DNA of 53,546 nt from Candidatus Kuenenbacteria bacterium RIFCSPHIGHO2_02_FULL_39_13 (GCA_001783595.1 MFMW01000029.1:1-53546), one strand, 5' to 3'. Positions 1-8,403 are shown, numbered from the stretch's first letter. The notes: generated by a model not told the origin, from the sequence alone. Program-made: numbers and translations.

Positions 1-105
1 TAAAAAATTTAAGACTTCATCCTTCTTTTCCATACTCTTGCTCAATTGCTTAGTTAATATAGCAGAAAATCGCAGGAAAGGCAAGGGCTTGCTGATAAAA
101 ATATT

Positions 106-2952
106 TCATAGTTGTAGTTGCTTCAATTTTATTATTGCCAAGCCAACTTCTTTATCATTTACTTTTATTTCATTCTGTACGTTAAAATTCTCCGCAATTG
201 CCTCGGCTAATGTTTGCCGCCTTAATTCATTCTTATATTGTTCAAAAATATTTTTCAATTCTTCATCTTGGCAATTATATTGAATTTCAATTTTATCCTT
301 GATGGTCAAGCCCATTTTTTTTCTCATTTGGTTTATGGTTCTCACCAATTCCCTAAAATATCCCTCCTGTTTTAACACTGGAGTAACTTTAATATCCAGT
401 TCCACGGATAAATCTCCCGCGCCTTGGGCGCATTTTATATTTTTAACATTAACTTCGTCTTTAATTAAATCTAAATAATCTTGAGCTAATTCTTGATTCT
501 TAATTCTTAATTCTGCCAGGGGTTGGCGAACCTTAATGCCCGCTTCGGCCCGCTTGGCTAATCCCAATTCAACTACTTTTCGGGTTAAGGCCATATAGTC
601 CAAAACTTTCTGATCAATCTGCTTAACCATTCCGCCATTGCTAAGCGGCCAAAATTCTAAATGAACAGATTCTTCCTGGCCATTCATTTCTTTATAAATA
701 TATTCGCTGATAAAAGGAGTGAACGGGGCCATTAATTTAATCAGCTTAAGAATAACGCGCTTTAAAGTTTTTAAGGCCGCCAATTTTTCCTTGCTGTTAT
801 CAGATTTAAACCTATCTCTGGAACGGCGAATATGCCAGACTGATAAATCCGTGATAAATTCTTCAATTTTTCTGGCGCTGCTGGTAATGTGATATTTTTC
901 CAATTCTTCGCTTGCTTGTTTAATCAGTAAATTTAATTTTGAATTAATCCACTTATCTAAAATGTTTGCCAGATCTTGATCTGTTAAATCTTCAACCTCA
1001 ACATCTTGGGCAAACATTTTATAAAATGCCAAAACATTTAACAGGGTAATGAAAATCCTAGCGCTGTCTTTGAGTTCTTGTTCCTTAAACCTTTTTGGCT
1101 CTCCCGGCTGGTTGAGCGTGTATAAATGCCAACGCAAGCTATCAGCCCCGTAGCGATCAATCATTAGCCAGGGATCAATCACATTGCCTTTTGATTTTGA
1201 CATTTTTTGCCCGTTTTTATCTAAAATATGGCCTAAGCAGATGACATTTTTATAAGGCGATTTTTTGCCCAATAACGTGGCCACCGCCAGCAAAGTGTAA
1301 AACCAACCTCTTGTTTGATCAATCGCTTCTGAAATAAAATCGGCCGGATATTTTTTGCCTTGATCAATCAGTTCTTTATTGGCAAAGGGATAATGCCATT
1401 GCGCCCAGGGCATTGCACCAGAATCAAACCAACAATCCATTACTTCTGGAATTCTTGTCATTTCATTGCCGCACTGGCATTTTAATTTAATCTGATCAAT
1501 ATACGGCCGATGCAAATCAAAATCATGGGCAACATTTAACTCTTGTCTGGAGCCGATTACCTTAATCTCCCCGCATTGATCACACTCCCAAACTGGAAGC
1601 GGCGTTCCCCAATATCTTTCTCTGGAAACCGCCCAATCTTTTACTTCGTTCAGCCATTCGCCAAAACGGCCGTGTTTAATGTGCGGCGGTATCCAATTAA
1701 TCTGCTCGTTGTTTTTAATTAATTCGTCTTTCAGCTTGCTTATTTTAAAGAACCAGGAGTCCTTGGCATAGTAAATTAATGGTGTTTCGCAACGCCAACA
1801 AAACGGATAATCATGCCGGTAATTTTCTATTTTAAAAAGCAAATTCCTTTTTCGTAAATCTTCAATAATTTCCTGTTCAACATCTTTGACAAATCTTCCC
1901 TGCCATTGGGGCGCTAAGTCATTAAATGTGCCGTCTAAATTCACGCAATGAACTTTTGGCAAACCCACTTTCTCGCCTAACTCATAATCTTCAGCGCCAT
2001 ACATTACGGCAATATGAACAATGCCGCTGCCGTCTTCAGTGGCAACAAAACTGGCCGGATATATTTTAAACGCATTTTTAAAATCTTTGTCACTTTCTTT
2101 AATCACTCCCGGAAACAACGGCTCATACGCCCAGCCGATTAATTTTTTACCTTTTAATTCCTGAACGATTATATAATCCCCTTCAATTTTATTTAACTGG
2201 TTTTTAGCCAAATAAAGATATTCCTGATTTTGTTTAATTTTTACATAATCAATCTGCTCGCCGATTGCCAAAGCAACGTTAGCCGGCAATGTCCAGGGAG
2301 TTGTCGTCCAACTTAATATGCATGCCTGGTCGCCTTTTATTTTAAATTTTACATAAATTGATTCTTCCTCAATATTTTTATAGCCTTGCGCCACTTCGTG
2401 GGAGGATAAACCAGTGCCGCAACGAGGGCATTGGGGCACAACTTTATGGCCTTTATAGAGCAGTCCTCTTTTATAAATTTGTTTTATAATCCACCATAAA
2501 GATTCAATGTAGTTACTGTCATAAGTAATATAAGGATCATTCATATCAATCCAAAAACCAATTCGTTCCGTCAACTTCTCCCATTCCTCTTTATAAATCC
2601 AGACGCTCTGCTGGCATTTTTTATTAAATTCTTCTATGCCATACTCTTCAACGTCTTTTTTATTTTTTAACCCCAGTTGCTTTTCAACCTCCAGTTCAAC
2701 TGGCAAGCCATGGGTGTCCCAGCCTGCTTTTCTTTCTACTCTATAGCCCTGCATTGTCTTGAATCTCGGAATTACGTCTTTAAAAACTCTGGCCAAAACA
2801 TGATGAATGCCCGGCTTGCCATTGGCCGTTGGCGGACCTTCGTAAAACACAAAGTCGCCTCTGGGTGATTCCTTGGCCAGAGTTTTTTTAAAAATACTCC
2901 TGTCTTGCCAGAATTTTAATATTTCTTTTTCTTTTTCCGGAAGATTAACCAT
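106..2952 (-). CDS. ileS: isoleucine--tRNA ligase (type-2-like IleRS)
   Basis: 948-aa ORF. HIGH-type motif PPTANGKPGIHHV, KMSKS motif (GQKMSKSKGN), editing-domain WTTTPWTLPAN. Ends at TGA. Confidence 0.95.
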   Translation of the reverse strand: MVNLPEKEKEILKFWQDRSIFKKTLAKESPRGDFVFYEGPPTANGKPGIHHVLARVFKDVIPRFKTMQGYRVERKAGWDTHGLPVELEVEKQLGLKNKKDVEEYGIEEFNKKCQQSVWIYKEEWEKLTERIGFWIDMNDPYITYDSNYIESLWWIIKQIYKRGLLYKGHKVVPQCPRCGTGLSSHEVAQGYKNIEEESIYVKFKIKGDQACILSWTTTPWTLPANVALAIGEQIDYVKIKQNQEYLYLAKNQLNKIEGDYIIVQELKGKKLIGWAYEPLFPGVIKESDKDFKNAFKIYPASFVATEDGSGIVHIAVMYGAEDYELGEKVGLPKVHCVNLDGTFNDLAPQWQGRFVKDVEQEIIEDLRKRNLLFKIENYRHDYPFCWRCETPLIYYAKDSWFFKISKLKDELIKNNEQINWIPPHIKHGRFGEWLNEVKDWAVSRERYWGTPLPVWECDQCGEIKVIGSRQELNVAHDFDLHRPYIDQIKLKCQCGNEMTRIPEVMDCWFDSGAMPWAQWHYPFANKELIDQGKKYPADFISEAIDQTRGWFYTLLAVATLLGKKSPYKNVICLGHILDKNGQKMSKSKGNVIDPWLMIDRYGADSLRWHLYTLNQPGEPKRFKEQELKDSARIFITLLNVLAFYKMFAQDVEVEDLTDQDLANILDKWINSKLNLLIKQASEELEKYHITSSARKIEEFITDLSVWHIRRSRDRFKSDNSKEKLAALKTLKRVILKLIKLMAPFTPFISEYIYKEMNGQEESVHLEFWPLSNGGMVKQIDQKVLDYMALTRKVVELGLAKRAEAGIKVRQPLAELRIKNQELAQDYLDLIKDEVNVKNIKCAQGAGDLSVELDIKVTPVLKQEGYFRELVRTINQMRKKMGLTIKDKIEIQYNCQDEELKNIFEQYKNELRRQTLAEAIAENFNVQNEIKVNDKEVGLAIIKLKQLQL

Positions 2953-3075
2953 ATATATTCATATTCTATATAAAAATTAAAATTTTGGCAAATTTAGCGA
3001 ATTAAGCCTATCTATTTTGGCTTTGGCTAAAAAAATGTTATAATTCAACTATGATTAAAAATTAAAAGCAAAAGT

Positions 3076-3627
3076 ATGGATAATGCCAATATAACTAATA
3101 ATACGGCTGGGCAAAAGACAGCTAAAAAAAGTCTGGGGCCCTGGCTTTATATTTTCATCAGCCTGGTAGTAGTAATTGCTTTGGCTAGCGCATATTTTCT
3201 GATAAACAACTCGCAGCAAGGAGAAAAACAGTCACCGGTGGGAAGCCAGGACAAAAATGCTTTTGAAAAAACAGACAACCAGGGCGATGGTCTGCCGCAT
3301 GAAATTTATTCTTACATGGGAACGGTGGCGGCCGTGGGAGAAAACCAAATAACAGTCACAGCGCCGGCTAATAACAATTATCTCCTGGCAGACACAGAAC
3401 TTAAAGTAATGGTGGACAATGAAACCGAATTGGTTAATCTGATTATTCCTAAAACCTTAGAGGGTGTTAAGCCTGGCGTGTCTGGAGAGTGGTTTAAAAA
3501 GCAACAGATTAAATTTGATCAGATAAAAGTAGGTGATGAAGTAACGGTGATTGCCGGAGAAAATGTTAAAGGTAAAACTGAATTTAAGGCGATTAAGGTG
3601 GAAGTGAATGTCATAAGTAATAAGTAA
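3076..3627 (+). CDS. hypothetical membrane-anchored protein
   Basis: 183-aa ORF with one N-terminal TM helix (WLYIFISLVVVIALASAYFLI) followed by a soluble domain. No family recognised. The last codons and the stop lie inside the heptamer array. Confidence 0.55.
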   Translation: MDNANITNNTAGQKTAKKSLGPWLYIFISLVVVIALASAYFLINNSQQGEKQSPVGSQDKNAFEKTDNQGDGLPHEIYSYMGTVAAVGENQITVTAPANNNYLLADTELKVMVDNETELVNLIIPKTLEGVKPGVSGEWFKKQQIKFDQIKVGDEVTVIAGENVKGKTEFKAIKVEVNVISNK

Positions 3628-3668
3628 TAAGTAATTAGTAATTAGTAATTAGAAATTAGAAATTAGAA
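3613..3668. repeat. 8-unit heptanucleotide tandem array (ATAAGTA x3, ATTAGTA x2, ATTAGAA x3)
   Basis: Counted directly. Sits between convergent genes 3076..3627 (+) and 3677..4498 (-). Confidence 0.9.
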
Positions 3669-3676
3669 ATTTTAAT

Positions 3677-4498
3677 TTAATATATCTCCCAATTTTTTCT
3701 TTCCACAATAATAATTCTTTCCTTTTTATTAACGTCATAATAACCTTGGCTGGTAATGGTGATGCCAATGGGCAAACTAACATTGGCTGTTTGCGGGGCA
3801 ATGGTATAGATAACATCAGCCGCGCTGTTATTGGTCAAACGGATGCGGTAGTTAGGGGAATTCCCCAACTGGCCGGAATCTGGAATTTTGCCACTACCCG
3901 TTGTCGTGCTGGTATCAATAACCTCCTGTCTGTCACTGGATAAAATAATAACCTTGCCAGAATGCGCTGGCCAGTCAATAGTGACAGCGCCGGGATAAAA
4001 AGCAAGACTGGCTGGGGTGCTGATATTTAAACTTAATTCAAATGATTTACCTGGTTTAAGGCGCACTTTGAGCGGATTAGTATTTTTCTTAATGACCTCT
4101 TGGCTTGAATTTGCTGCGTAGACACAACTTTTATCTGTTTCCGTGGCTTGGTCAGCAGGGAAACTAATTTTTTGCTGGTCATCAAAGCAGGTAATAGGTG
4201 TGGTATAAATGCCGGCGACATATCTTGTCCAGCTGCCCAGAGTGTTACTTAGATTGCCATCAGCAGGTAAATTACTGGCGTTATGAAAATTTTCAATTTG
4301 ATAAATAGCTTTTTCAATGGCGGTTTCAGCGGCAAAATAAGCGATTTCAGATTGGCTAATGCCTTGACTTGATTTACCGATGCGCAAAATTACATCGGAA
4401 ACAACCAGAGCGATCATCATTAAATTGGCCAAGATTAAAACAGACAGTACTAAAGCAATGCCTGATTGGCGATTTAATTGTTTTTTAAAATAAAACAT
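3677..4498 (-). CDS. PilX-like pilus-associated protein (minor pilin cluster)
   Basis: Start trimmed from 4567 to the ATG at 4498 (MFYFKKQLNRQSGIALVLSVLILANLMMIAL), which removes the overlap with the upstream gene. The hydrophobic N-terminus resembles the PilX N-terminal domain. Last gene of the minor pilin row. Confidence 0.55.
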   Translation of the reverse strand: MFYFKKQLNRQSGIALVLSVLILANLMMIALVVSDVILRIGKSSQGISQSEIAYFAAETAIEKAIYQIENFHNASNLPADGNLSNTLGSWTRYVAGIYTTPITCFDDQQKISFPADQATETDKSCVYAANSSQEVIKKNTNPLKVRLKPGKSFELSLNISTPASLAFYPGAVTIDWPAHSGKVIILSSDRQEVIDTSTTTGSGKIPDSGQLGNSPNYRIRLTNNSAADVIYTIAPQTANVSLPIGITITSQGYYDVNKKERIIIVERKNWEIY

Positions 4499-4502
4499 AT
4501 TT

Positions 4503-5066
4503 TTATGGGCCGGCCAGCCTTTGGGGAATGGTTTGCTGCACAAACAAATTACGGGTATTAGTGCCACTTGTATTTTGTAAATTTATCACCATAGTCACTT
4601 TGGGAAATTCTTCAGGCGGGTTATCTAAGCTAAAAGGATTTTTATCTGGAGTGATAAAAAAAGTAAGACTGGTAATAGAAACATCGGCTGCAGGAATACT
4701 GGTAAAAACACCGCCAGTTTTGCAGTCTTCAATGCAAACTTCAATACTGCCTCCGGCAAAACGGAAAACCGTTTGATAGCCGCTTTTGTCCAAAAGAGCC
4801 AACTGGCTTTCACCATCGGACACATTAACAGTGCCGCCATCATAATAACTATAATCAATTTTAGAGCTTCTTATTTTTTTGGCAATGACTTCCATAATTA
4901 ACTGGGATTCTTTTTGCAGTTTGGACATTTGAATTGTGCGCTGTTCTGCTTTAAGCGATTGGGAATAAATGCCCAGAGTAAGAGTGAACAGAATGATAAA
5001 AATACCTAAAGCAACAGTCATTTCCAGTAAAGTAAAACCACAATTATTTTTTTTAAAATTTTTCAT
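4503..5066 (-). CDS. prepilin-type N-terminal cleavage/methylation protein (PilW-like minor pilin)
   Basis: N-terminus MKNFKKNNCGFTLLEMTVALGIFIILF, i.e. a G/FTLLE class III signal. Confidence 0.75.
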   Translation of the reverse strand: MKNFKKNNCGFTLLEMTVALGIFIILFTLTLGIYSQSLKAEQRTIQMSKLQKESQLIMEVIAKKIRSSKIDYSYYDGGTVNVSDGESQLALLDKSGYQTVFRFAGGSIEVCIEDCKTGGVFTSIPAADVSITSLTFFITPDKNPFSLDNPPEEFPKVTMVINLQNTSGTNTRNLFVQQTIPQRLAGP

Positions 5067-5070
5067 ATTT

Positions 5071-5613
5071 TTACTGCCAATCAGTCAAATACGTTTCTAA
5101 AGTATAGGAATGGGTCTGACCTTTAAATGTCCAGCTGACTTCGGAAATTATTTTTTTTTCCTTATTAGAATCGCCAGGTTCAACAGTAATCATTCTTTTA
5201 AAATTGGTGAGCTGGCCAGTATCATGGGTGTATTTGCCATTATTTAAATAAAGCTGGCATTGGCTGCAGTCACTGGCCGCGTTGGCGCCAGTAACGCTAT
5301 TGGCAGATAGCGTGGCAGCGGTATTAGGGTCATCGCTGTCTAGATGAAATTTTTGGTTATCATAACTGTTGTCAAAGATGTCAACATCACTCGCCTTATT
5401 CGGATCTTCGCTATTGCGCATAGCGCGCGCAATTTCAATGCCCTCTCTGGCTAAATTAACGACCACGATTTCCTGTTCACTCTGCTGGACATAATTAAAA
5501 GTGGCCAGCAATAAGGTAACAGTGGCTAAAACGCCAATCATTAAAATGCCCAGAGCAATGGTAGTTTCCATCAGGGTCAAGCCTTGGCTATTGTTTTTTA
5601 GATTATTGAACAT
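5071..5613 (-). CDS. prepilin-type minor pilin (PilV-like)
   Basis: N-terminus ...NSQGLTLMETTIALGILMIGVLA, a prepilin cleavage motif with Glu at +5. Confidence 0.75.
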   Translation of the reverse strand: MFNNLKNNSQGLTLMETTIALGILMIGVLATVTLLLATFNYVQQSEQEIVVVNLAREGIEIARAMRNSEDPNKASDVDIFDNSYDNQKFHLDSDDPNTAATLSANSVTGANAASDCSQCQLYLNNGKYTHDTGQLTNFKRMITVEPGDSNKEKKIISEVSWTFKGQTHSYTLETYLTDWQ

Positions 5614-6214
5614 CTATCTTGCCGGTTAGACGACTGATAATAATATTTTTCTTGTATTGCGTTTGCTGATAACCAAGAGTAACAGTGACCTCATCAATAC
5701 TATCGCTGCCATTAAAATAGATAGTGCCATAAGGAGGGATAAAAATAATATTTAAGGCATTGCCAGGAACAACATTGTCAATATAGACATGGCTGTCTAA
5801 CATGCCTATTTGTTGGACTAATGCGTCATTAACGGCATGATCATATTCGTAATCGTAATTTCCGTCCTGATCGGCCTGGTTGGCAAAAAGCGCGTAAGAA
5901 CAGTTGGCAGTACATTTGCTAAGATAAACGCCAAAACCGCCGGCTGGCCTGACGCCATTAACAGTCAAGCCGATTAAGGCATCAATATGAGCCTCGCGAA
6001 TAATAGTGGCCAGCCTTTCCGTCTCATTATTCAGTGCGCCTCTCTGCGTAGAACCTTTAAAATTAGCTATCACCAAAACTGACATAATGGCAATAATACT
6101 GGCGCAAACAATCAACTCAATGATGCTGAAGCCCCGCCCACAACGTTTCGCCAGCCCGCATTGCTGGCGAACATAGTGAGGCGGGCAAACAATTTTATTC
6201 TTTTTAAAATCCAT
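5603..6214 (-). CDS. prepilin-type minor pilin (GspH/FimT-like) with unusually long leader
   Basis: Has a ...CGRGFSIIELIVCASIIAIMSV cleavage motif. A 28-aa leader precedes the Gly and is encoded partly by a GC-rich palindrome. Confidence 0.7.
   Translation of the reverse strand: MDFKKNKIVCPPHYVRQQCGLAKRCGRGFSIIELIVCASIIAIMSVLVIANFKGSTQRGALNNETERLATIIREAHIDALIGLTVNGVRPAGGFGVYLSKCTANCSYALFANQADQDGNYDYEYDHAVNDALVQQIGMLDSHVYIDNVVPGNALNIIFIPPYGTIYFNGSDSIDEVTVTLGYQQTQYKKNIIISRLTGKIDVQ
6131..6186. repeat. GC-rich palindromic element inside the prepilin leader coding sequence
   Basis: Perfect 9-bp stem TTCGCCAGC (6147..6155) / GCTGGCGAA (6163..6171), with imperfect outer arms GCCCCGCCC / GAGGCGGGC. 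Confidence 0.7.
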
Positions 6215-6983
6215 ACAAATTAATATTTAAATACCATTCAATTATTTTATCAACCCAAAGTAAAGAAATGAACGTGCCAATGGAGAGAAATGCGCCCAAC
6301 GGCACTGTGGATTTCATAGTGGCCCGTTTAGTGATAATCAAGCCAAGGCCAATTATTGAGCCAAGAACATAGCTAATTACCAGAGCAACCAGAATGTTTG
6401 GCCAGCCAAGCATCAAACCAATTAAAATGCCTAAACGAATATCCCCTCCCCCGATCCATTGACCGCGAGAAACAATGAACTGCAAAAAGAAAAATCCTCC
6501 GGCAATTAAGGCGGCGAGCAATAAATTAAGCAGATTATAAAAAAACAAATTAAAAATAAAAGCGATAATTATAGCCGGGATGATAATTTTATCAAGAATT
6601 AAATAATATTTAAAATCATAGATAAAAATGATGATTAGAAATGCAGTAAACGTCCAATTGCGTAAAATTAATAATAGGTTGTAAGTTGTAAGTTGTAAGT
6701 TGTAAGTTGCGATAAAAACAATTAAAAAAAGCATGGCGGTAATTAATTCAACTAACGGATATTGAAGCGATATTTTTTTCCGGCACCAGCGGCATTTGGC
6801 GCGCAACAGAAAATAGCTTAGAAGCGGAATGTTGTCATACCAGTTTATCTGTTTTTTACACTGGGGGCAAAAAGAACGGCCGGTAATAGCTTGCTTATTT
6901 TTCAAACGATAAATTAAGCAATTAATAAAACTGCCAATAATTAATCCCAAAAGAATCACAATAAAATAAAAGAAATAAATCAT
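6204..6983 (-). CDS. pilD: prepilin peptidase / N-methyltransferase (A24 family)
   Basis: Cys motifs CPQCKKQ...CRWCRKK, LQYPLVELITA, catalytic Asp contexts IYDFKYY and GGGDIRLG. Start trimmed to the ATG at 6983 (MIYFFYFIVILLG). Confidence 0.9.
   Translation of the reverse strand: MIYFFYFIVILLGLIIGSFINCLIYRLKNKQAITGRSFCPQCKKQINWYDNIPLLSYFLLRAKCRWCRKKISLQYPLVELITAMLFLIVFIATYNLQLTTYNLLLILRNWTFTAFLIIIFIYDFKYYLILDKIIIPAIIIAFIFNLFFYNLLNLLLAALIAGGFFFLQFIVSRGQWIGGGDIRLGILIGLMLGWPNILVALVISYVLGSIIGLGLIITKRATMKSTVPLGAFLSIGTFISLLWVDKIIEWYLNINLYGF
6678..6709. repeat. GTTGTAA heptamer tandem repeat (4.5 units) inside pilD coding sequence
   Basis: Counted directly. Encodes ATYNLQLTTYNLL on the coding strand. 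Confidence 0.9.
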
Positions 6984-6998
6984 ACTGATATTATAGCA
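6984..6998 (-). promoter_or_regulatory. candidate extended -10 promoter (TGCTATAAT) 6 nt upstream of the pilD ATG; possible leaderless mRNA
   Basis: The minus strand reads TGCTATAAT-ATCAGT-ATG. No SD sequence, and the -35 is weak. Confidence 0.3.
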
Positions 6999-7002
6999 TA
7001 AA

Positions 7003-7031
7003 ACCTGCCCTGACAAAATGCCAGGGCAGGT
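7003..7031 (-). terminator. stem-loop terminator after the PIN gene
   Basis: CCTGCCCTG (7004..7012) pairs with CAGGGCAGG (7022..7030). Followed by TTTTAT on the minus strand. Confidence 0.45.
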
Positions 7032-7050
7032 GAATGAATATAGGTATATT

Positions 7051-7431
7051 TTAGTCCAGCGGATCAATAATTTGCAAACCCATCACTTTGTCAAAATCTT
7101 TCTTGTTGTGAGTGATTAAAATTAAATTATTGGCTAAAGCCGTAGCGGCAATAACAGCATCGGGCAATTTTAATTTATATTTTTTTCTAATCTCAATTGT
7201 TTTGTCCACAATCTCATCATCCAATTCATTGATTTTAAAATCTTCAATAAATTCTTTGATCTTACGATCTTCTTCGAGTTCTAAACCAGGGTAACTGAAA
7301 AGTTCTATCTTTGTTATAACTGATAAACTAATAAACTCCAACCCTTCAACAATAGCTGCAAAATAGCTACTTAAATTTTTCTGGCTTCTTAGATAATACA
7401 AAATTGAATTGGTATCCAAAGCGTATTGCAT
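7051..7431 (-). CDS. vapC: PIN-domain ribonuclease, VapC-like toxin
   Basis: 126 aa. N-terminal ALDTNSILYYL (acidic Asp), then a later Glu (ITKIELFSY), LPDAVIAATA and ITHNKKDF, matching the PIN acidic-residue pattern. Confidence 0.8.
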   Translation of the reverse strand: MQYALDTNSILYYLRSQKNLSSYFAAIVEGLEFISLSVITKIELFSYPGLELEEDRKIKEFIEDFKINELDDEIVDKTIEIRKKYKLKLPDAVIAATALANNLILITHNKKDFDKVMGLQIIDPLD

Positions 7432-7441
7432 AGCTTTAAAA

Positions 7442-7672
7442 TTATAAATCTAAATCTCTATCCCACTCGGCTCTAATTTTCCTCTCATATTTCAGGGGAT
7501 CAATAATAATTCTGTTTTTTAATAATCCTTTATATTGTTTCAGATAAGTCCTGGCAGTTGTTTGTTTTTTTTGCCTAGATAATGCTAAAAGCCCTTCCAG
7601 AATTTTTCTCGGAATTTCAATAGTTACGTTATCGCCTTGAATTTTAGGCTGAACCAAAATAGAATTATTCAT
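7442..7672 (-). CDS. putative antitoxin partner of the PIN toxin
   Basis: 76-aa ORF ending 10 nt upstream of vapC, the usual TA gene order. Family not recognised. Confidence 0.5.
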   Translation of the reverse strand: MNNSILVQPKIQGDNVTIEIPRKILEGLLALSRQKKQTTARTYLKQYKGLLKNRIIIDPLKYERKIRAEWDRDLDL

Positions 7673-7734
7673 ATATTTAAAACTCGCTTAACTAATGTAA
7701 TTTTATCTTAACAAATTTTAACCAGTAAGTCAAC

Positions 7735-7767
7735 GACAAAACCCCTCCGAATAACATCGGAGGGGTT
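7735..7767 (-). terminator. rho-independent terminator after the major pilin gene
   Basis: AACCCCTCCGA (7740..7750) pairs with TCGGAGGGGTT (7757..7767), followed by a T-run on the minus strand. Confidence 0.65.
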
Positions 7768-7790
7768 GTAAAATACATTCTGTATAATTC

Positions 7791-8282
7791 TTAGGTACAA
7801 GTAATACCATTCGGAGTGGCAGTACAACAGGTGAGACCATAAGTAGTACATGTCAAACCACCAGTCGCGCCCTCAAGCCCAAAAACCAGAGAATAAGTTG
7901 CGCCAGCACCGGCAGTCAGACTGGTATAAGTATAAGCACCGTTGGTTGGCGGAGTTGGCGCGGCAGGAACTTGGCCCATATATGTTGTAAGACAACCAGT
8001 AGCATCAGCTCGGAAACCAACACCGGCAGTGGCTGTACTGCATAGTACTTTTCCGTTGGCTCCCCCCAAAACAACAGCCGCGGCAGAATAAGGATAGGCA
8101 TTAGCATCCACAAAGTAAAGTTCCAAAGCGGTTTGGATTTGTTTAATATCGGAAACTCGTTTGGCGTCACGGGATTTCAGCCTGGCGTTATTTAAGGCAA
8201 CAACAGACAAAGTGGCTAACAGGCCGATAATAGCAATAACCACTAACAACTCAATTAAAGTAAAACCTTTTTTATTTTTCAT
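7791..8282 (-). CDS. pilA: type IV major pilin
   Basis: MKNKKGFTLIELLVVIAIIGLLATLSVVALNNARLKSRDAKR: short leader, G/FTLIE cleavage site, Cys pairs in the C-terminal half. Has its own terminator. Confidence 0.85.
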   Translation of the reverse strand: MKNKKGFTLIELLVVIAIIGLLATLSVVALNNARLKSRDAKRVSDIKQIQTALELYFVDANAYPYSAAAVVLGGANGKVLCSTATAGVGFRADATGCLTTYMGQVPAAPTPPTNGAYTYTSLTAGAGATYSLVFGLEGATGGLTCTTYGLTCCTATPNGITCT

Positions 8283-8403
8283 AATTTTAGTAAAATTATA
8301 TTTTAATATATCTAGCTAGATTTAATAAACCATTTTAATTAATCGACCTTTATTTATTATTAATAATTATTTATCCACAGTTTAATTATAACATATTTTT
8401 AGC

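Noticed and set aside
1-33. Possible 5' end of a minus-strand gene (ATG at 33, MEKKDEVLNFL...) running off the window
   Set aside because: Only 11 codons are visible, so there is nothing to support a call.
2677-2868. Numerous 60-130-aa ORFs antisense to or nested in ileS, pilC, pilB, clpC, trxB, mreB, rseP, holB and others
   Set aside because: All lie within strongly supported conserved genes on the opposite strand or in another frame, and none has an independent signal.
3613-3668. Possibility that the short tandem repeats (here and at 6678, 21572, 21786 and 28339) are CRISPR arrays
   Set aside because: The units are 7 nt and directly abutting, with no spacers, and no cas genes are present. 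They are microsatellite-like heptamer arrays.
6984-7067. Long N-terminal extensions in the ORF track: pilD to 7067, pilX-like to 4567, secreted protein to 25526, RodZ-like to 30279, ftsK to 32467, greA to 33730, amrS to 23002
   Set aside because: Each extension overlaps the neighbouring gene or a terminator. Each precedes an internal ATG that gives a family-typical N-terminus (signal peptide, TM helix or conserved motif). I used the shorter forms.
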